DNA from: Nanobdellota archaeon
GTDB taxonomy: Archaea; Nanobdellota; Nanobdellia; Pacearchaeales; GW2011-AR1
Reading direction: 5' to 3'
NCBI GenBank assembly: GCA_038045425.1
Contig: JBBSYD010000045.1
Span: 1-36,210 of the forward strand
Length of the DNA: 36,210 nt
The notes under the pieces are model-generated. The model was not told the origin of the DNA. It worked only from the letters and a program-made list of their open reading frames with translations, and searched no databases. Shown in pieces: positions 32,218 through 36,210 of the stretch. Within the stretch, counting starts at the first letter, position 1, and every line of letters begins with the position of its first letter. The position numbers and the translations under genes were made by a program.

Positions 32218-34557
32218 TTAAAACAGCTTTTGTTGTTTGGCGCCTTGTTGGATGTCTTTGAAATCCTTGTTTAGAAGGGTGAGAATTTGATTTGCAATTG
32301 GTGAGATTTGTTTTTCTATGTAATGGTCGTAATCTATGGGGTGCTTGAGCTTTTGAATTGGTTCTGGGCCTGCTGTTGTTTGATAATAGCTAATTGTGCT
32401 GGAGTCTAGATGATCTAATTGTCTTGCTGCTTTTACATGGGGAGGAGTGGTTTTGGTATATTCTGTTAAGTCTTTTCTTATGGATTTTCTATATACTAGT
32501 TTTGCATCTAATTTACCTTCACGTATTTTAGCAATATATTCTTTTATGAATTTTTCTACTTGTTCTTCATGGAATACTTTCATTAATAATTCTCTTTGAA
32601 AGTCTTGAGCTGCGTCTGTCCAGTCTCCTCTTATTGCTTCTAGTCCTACTATTTCTAATTCTTCTTTTCCATTTTCTTCGACTAGACCTGCGTATCTTTT
32701 CTTTGCCGCTTTTTCCTTATTGCCTTCTTTTCCTTGGGCACGAATTTGAGGAAATGCTAGAGAAAGATAGAGTTTCTTAAATTCTAATTCTAAAAATGAT
32801 TCTCTATGATAGTTTTCTTTAAGGTAGTCTTTATAGTAGCTATTTATTGTATTTTGAATTTCTTTACCTAAATGAATTGCTTTTTCTTTAGGAAGATTGG
32901 TAATTACAAATACTGAGTCTGTATCGGAATAAATAACTTGATATCCTTTTTTTTCTATTTGGTCTGCAGTCATTTTAATTATCATTTGGGCGAAGTTGGT
33001 AATTGAAGAGGCCATATCAAAATTAAAATATCTACAATTTTCTGATGCAAGAACCCCGTAGAATGAGTTCATTATTATTTTAATTGCATAACTTGACAAT
33101 TCTCTTTTTTCTTTCTTTGCTTTTTCTCTTGCTGCGTGAAGTTTGGTAATTATCTGAGGAAGAACTCCTTGTTGATTTTTGAAATGAGCATGATTTGGAG
33201 TTTCTATTAGTGATTTATCCTCCTTTGAAGGATTTGGAACAAATGAGGCAGGATCTATGTTAAATGAGGTTATAATTGAAGGATATAGAGATTTGAAGTC
33301 TAGGACTGCTACATTGCGATAAATTCCTGCTTCGGGAAGTTTTACGTAACCTCCCATTATTTTTTCATCTTTTTGTAGATATCTTGTGGCTGGGGAAACA
33401 AGACCAATTTTTCTTGCTTCTCTTATATACAAAGAGTCAAATGCTGCGATTGATGCAGTAAGTCTATTTAATTCTAAACCTACAAGTTGAGAACGTTCTA
33501 TTGCTAAGTCAATCATTTTGGTTTTTTCTAGAATGTCATAAACCAATTTGCAGTCCATAAGATTGTATTCTACTAATTTCTTTTGATTTTCTAGATAGAG
33601 TTTTTCTATTTCTTGATGTCTTGATTTTCCTTTTATTAGTTTGCCTGAACCTAGAATTGCTTGGGAGACATCTTCTAAAGAGTAGGATTCAAATTCTGCT
33701 TTTTTGATTGAGGGGGCTTCTTTGATGAATGGGTCTCTGATTAGTGAAAGGGCATCAAGAACTTGTCTTCCAGAGATGTCTGCGCTTGAAGATTTAAAGA
33801 AATTTCCTTCTATTCTTAATCTAGAGTTATCTAATGTTCTCCCTAAATCAAATGAGATTTTATGTTTTTTGAATAGCTTTTGTAATTCGGCAAGGTCAAA
33901 GTCTATTAAATTCCATCCCGTGATTATATCTGGATCAAATTTTATTAATTCTTTTTTGAATTCTTCTAGGCAATCTGATTCAGATTTACAGGAAATGGCA
34001 TTTTCTATTTTTTGAGTTGAGACTAGAAAGTTCTTTTGATAGTTTTTGGAATGTAAACCTATACAGAATATTCCCTGGGCATTTGATTCTATGTCTAATG
34101 AGAGTATTTTTAATTCTGGGGTGAAGTTTGAAGGTTTAATTTCTGGATTTGAGTATATTCTGTCTACTCTTTCTGAGCTTTGGAAATCTCCTTCAATTTC
34201 TAGACTTCCTAGAATGTCTTTATCCATAAGAAATCGAGTGTTTGGTTTAATGTCCGATTCATAGGTTTCGATGTCTAATTTATGTAATGCTGAAGAGAGT
34301 TTGTTTAGCTCTGTGTGTAAGTCTGATGAGATTTTAATTACTATATTGCCTTGAAATGTTTTTAGTGTTGTTTTGGAATGGGTGAATTTTGAGAGGTATT
34401 TTTCTGCTTTTTTGAAGTCGGTTTCTTTAATAAAAAAATAAGGTTGCAAATTATGAACTGAGGCAAAGGATTGGCCATTTTCTAGTCTTCCAAATAGTTG
34501 GACTATTGACTTATTGTCCTGAATGTCATATGTTGAGTAAACTACAAACCCCTTCAT
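32218..34557 (-). CDS. polB: Family B DNA polymerase (779 aa), intact exonuclease and polymerase motifs
   Basis: Motifs present: Exo I LSLDIES, Exo II ITGWNLIDFDL, Exo III YNLMDCKLVYD, Pol A LDFKSLYPSII, Pol B KIIMNSFYGVL, Pol C VIYSDTDSVFV and KKRYAGL. Confidence 0.97.
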   Translation of the reverse strand: MKGFVVYSTYDIQDNKSIVQLFGRLENGQSFASVHNLQPYFFIKETDFKKAEKYLSKFTHSKTTLKTFQGNIVIKISSDLHTELNKLSSALHKLDIETYESDIKPNTRFLMDKDILGSLEIEGDFQSSERVDRIYSNPEIKPSNFTPELKILSLDIESNAQGIFCIGLHSKNYQKNFLVSTQKIENAISCKSESDCLEEFKKELIKFDPDIITGWNLIDFDLAELQKLFKKHKISFDLGRTLDNSRLRIEGNFFKSSSADISGRQVLDALSLIRDPFIKEAPSIKKAEFESYSLEDVSQAILGSGKLIKGKSRHQEIEKLYLENQKKLVEYNLMDCKLVYDILEKTKMIDLAIERSQLVGLELNRLTASIAAFDSLYIREARKIGLVSPATRYLQKDEKIMGGYVKLPEAGIYRNVAVLDFKSLYPSIITSFNIDPASFVPNPSKEDKSLIETPNHAHFKNQQGVLPQIITKLHAAREKAKKEKRELSSYAIKIIMNSFYGVLASENCRYFNFDMASSITNFAQMIIKMTADQIEKKGYQVIYSDTDSVFVITNLPKEKAIHLGKEIQNTINSYYKDYLKENYHRESFLELEFKKLYLSLAFPQIRAQGKEGNKEKAAKKRYAGLVEENGKEELEIVGLEAIRGDWTDAAQDFQRELLMKVFHEEQVEKFIKEYIAKIREGKLDAKLVYRKSIRKDLTEYTKTTPPHVKAARQLDHLDSSTISYYQTTAGPEPIQKLKHPIDYDHYIEKQISPIANQILTLLNKDFKDIQQGAKQQKLF

Positions 34558-34577
34558 GATTTTATTATGTGATTGGG

Positions 34578-34587
34578 TTTTATAAGG
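34578..34587 (-). promoter_or_regulatory. TATA-like box (CCTTATAAAA on the minus strand) for polB (leaderless)
   Basis: It is centred about 26 nt upstream of the minus-strand ATG at 34557. Confidence 0.45.
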
Positions 34588-34764
34588 TTGTTGAATATCT
34601 GATTATTTGTACAATTCTGAAGCGGGGCGTATAAAACTAGCTGTTCTATAGTCTGGTTTTGGAGTTCTGTCTTTTCCTAATAGCGAGTTTAATTTATTCC
34701 CTTTTATTCTTATGTTTAAACCGCCATAAAGACTTGCTAGACTTTCTTGATAAGTCCAATATTT

Positions 34765-35139
34765 TCAGTTTTTAATACCAGATTTAGTAATAGTATCTCC
34801 ATTTGCTATGTGAGCTAATTCGTGTCTAATAACTCCTCTAGTCATTCCTAATTTATCTCTTATAACTATTCCATTACAATATGAGTCGCTATAGCAATAT
34901 GCAGGAGTCATTTTTCTTTTCCAGATATTTTCACTGTGATCTATTATTCCAATATTTCTTTGATTTCCTATTCCTAATTTATCTGCTTCTTCTAAAATTA
35001 CTTGTTGAAGATGTTGTTTGTCTTTTATTCTTTTTGAAAAAAGTTGAGGGAGCCCAATTATAACATTTGTTGTTAAATAAACTTCTAGTCCTAATAAAAT
35101 TCCTTTAAGTACGGTTTTTAATTTTTCTTGGAGGTACAT
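34765..35139 (-). CDS. M48/HtpX-like zinc metalloprotease N-terminal part (124 aa), ending at a TGA 11 codons after HExxH
   Basis: A TM helix is followed by IGIIDHSEN..NGIVIRDKLGMTRGVIRHELAHIANGD. This resembles the HtpX HE(I/L)xHIANGD signature. The usual downstream third Zn ligand region is missing before the stop. See the finding at 34603-35139. Confidence 0.6.
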   Translation of the reverse strand: MYLQEKLKTVLKGILLGLEVYLTTNVIIGLPQLFSKRIKDKQHLQQVILEEADKLGIGNQRNIGIIDHSENIWKRKMTPAYCYSDSYCNGIVIRDKLGMTRGVIRHELAHIANGDTITKSGIKN

Positions 35140-35140
35140 G

Positions 35141-36145
35141 TTATTTTCTCTCCAGACAGGCTTCGAGATTGAATCCTACTTCTTTTGCTAGAAACTGCAT
35201 TTTTTGAGCATATCTTGAATCTGGGTTTTGCGTAAGTGCTTTTGCTTCTTGAGGTTTTTGAAATATATATCTCATTGTTTCACCTATGTCTTCAAATTGA
35301 GATGTTCCAGCATAGGGAGATATTAATCCTTCTTTTGGACTATTTGCGCTATTACGTAGGGAAGTATATTGATTAATTCGAGCATTATGTTCTGTTATAA
35401 ATTCGCTAAGTGTAGAACGTTTCTTTTCAAATTCTTCTGCTGCCAAACTGTAAGTTCTTCCGGTTTCTGCATCTGGAATAATTCCGGTTTTAATTACATC
35501 TGAATATTTTGAATATATTTGTTCATTTAATCTTGTTAGGTTGTTTTCTTCTGATTGTATTTTTTCTTTTTCTTGAGTAATTTGTTCGTATAATCCTTTA
35601 ATTTTTTTAGTGTCTATGTTTCTCCAAGTTGATCCATTAGAAGTATTTCTATCGTTATACTCGATTCTTGCGATTGCATTCCATTCTTTTAAAATTCTTT
35701 TTCTTTCAGAATCTGGCTTTGAATCAATCCAAGCATGTCCTAATTCATGAGGGAGGGCTCTAAATAACGAATTAGTAGAGTATATCTCTATCATTCCTCC
35801 TCCTTCTATACCACCATCACGTTCATCTTGAGTGTCAATTGAAACACTTTTGGCAGAGGTTCTTAAGGTAATTGGAAGAGTTTGGGCATATGAGTCTACT
35901 AAATTTTCTACATTTTTGTCTGGAGTTTTAAGATAAAGGTCGAATCCTGCCTTTGCTTTAAATCCTGGAACCTTTGAATATCCATTATTATTTTGAAAGC
36001 TTTCTGTAAGTTCTTCAATTGTTTTTTCTTTAGAACCATTTTCAGGAGATTGAAAGCTCGTGTTTATAATAAAATTCTGTGCTGCTAGTTGAATTGCTAA
36101 TGCTAGGTATGTTACTCCTTTTGCTAATTTACTCTTTAATGTCAT
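35141..36145 (-). CDS. Signal-anchored HExxH metalloprotease-like protein with a coiled-coil segment (334 aa)
   Basis: It has an N-terminal hydrophobic segment (VTYLALAIQLAAQNF), the motif LPHELGHAWID, and a stop 1 nt before the next ATG. Confidence 0.6.
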   Translation of the reverse strand: MTLKSKLAKGVTYLALAIQLAAQNFIINTSFQSPENGSKEKTIEELTESFQNNNGYSKVPGFKAKAGFDLYLKTPDKNVENLVDSYAQTLPITLRTSAKSVSIDTQDERDGGIEGGGMIEIYSTNSLFRALPHELGHAWIDSKPDSERKRILKEWNAIARIEYNDRNTSNGSTWRNIDTKKIKGLYEQITQEKEKIQSEENNLTRLNEQIYSKYSDVIKTGIIPDAETGRTYSLAAEEFEKKRSTLSEFITEHNARINQYTSLRNSANSPKEGLISPYAGTSQFEDIGETMRYIFQKPQEAKALTQNPDSRYAQKMQFLAKEVGFNLEACLERK

Positions 36146-36210
36146 GAAAAACTTGATTTATGAGAGTGACCCTATACCGGAATGATTATAAACTCTAATT
36201 TCTTCTAATT

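Noticed and set aside
32218-34557. PolB as part of a self-replicating mobile element (casposon or pipolin), or intein-containing
   Set aside because: There is no cas1, integrase or terminal inverted repeats nearby. All canonical motifs are contiguous, with no intein-sized insertions. The polymerase has its own ordinary promoter.
34765-34767. Genome-wide reassignment of TGA to a sense codon
   Set aside because: TGA ends several well-behaved genes here at ATGA-type coupled junctions (9851-9853, 16761-16763, 28271-28273), and also at 10276-10278 and 28822-28824. A global recoding is therefore unlikely. Only a local event or a pseudogene is considered.
1-36210. Bacterial (CPR/Patescibacteria) origin, prompted by the Pol II-like polymerase and AT-rich giant LamG proteins
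   Set aside because: At least eight first-in-unit genes have TATA-like boxes centred 25-29 nt upstream of the ATG, with no SD and no -35/-10 pair. The window also has wHTH-MNT/HEPN pairs and sequon-saturated TM-anchored surface proteins. These fit an archaeon better. The point remains unproven without marker genes.

Overview
This is a strongly AT-rich, gene-dense window. I read it as a small-genome, DPANN-type archaeon, which is an inference. First genes of transcription units sit about 25-30 nt downstream of AAGATTTAAATA-like BRE/TATA boxes with no Shine-Dalgarno site (leaderless). Internal operon genes use GGAGG-like sites or ATGA-type overlaps. Surface proteins are packed with N-x-S/T sequons and end in a TM helix plus basic tail. 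Layout: (1) 1-19590 is one uninterrupted plus-strand train of 13 genes. It holds a 5'-truncated giant LamG/Ig/beta-helix adhesin and a duplicated module of an anchored CARDB-like protein, a small TM protein and a TasA-like secreted beta protein. Two cadherin-like giant proteins follow, then a translationally coupled MoxR AAA+ / DUF58 / VWA trio. This is my best candidate for an undescribed surface-fibre or adhesion apparatus. (2) 19591-20343 is an unusually long noncoding gap with a GC-rich nested-hairpin element and CRISPR-like/iteron-like direct repeats. (3) 20344-26117 is a second surface cluster: CARDB-like anchored proteins plus three K/E-rich coiled-coil proteins. (4) 26143-30309 is a toxin-antitoxin island with AbrB-PIN (VapBC-like) and two paralogous wHTH-MNT/HEPN pairs. 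These sit among gene debris: parA 5' fragments and response-regulator halves in swapped order. (5) 30375-32182 holds small membrane or secreted proteins and a small wHTH regulator. (6) 32218-36145 on the minus strand holds a 779-aa family B DNA polymerase that looks collinear with bacterial Pol II. Upstream of it are two HExxH metalloprotease-like genes, one interrupted by an in-frame TGA followed by 53 open codons. I recognised no tRNA, rRNA, cas, transposase or integrase genes. All domain calls come from motif reading by eye and need HMM or structure confirmation.
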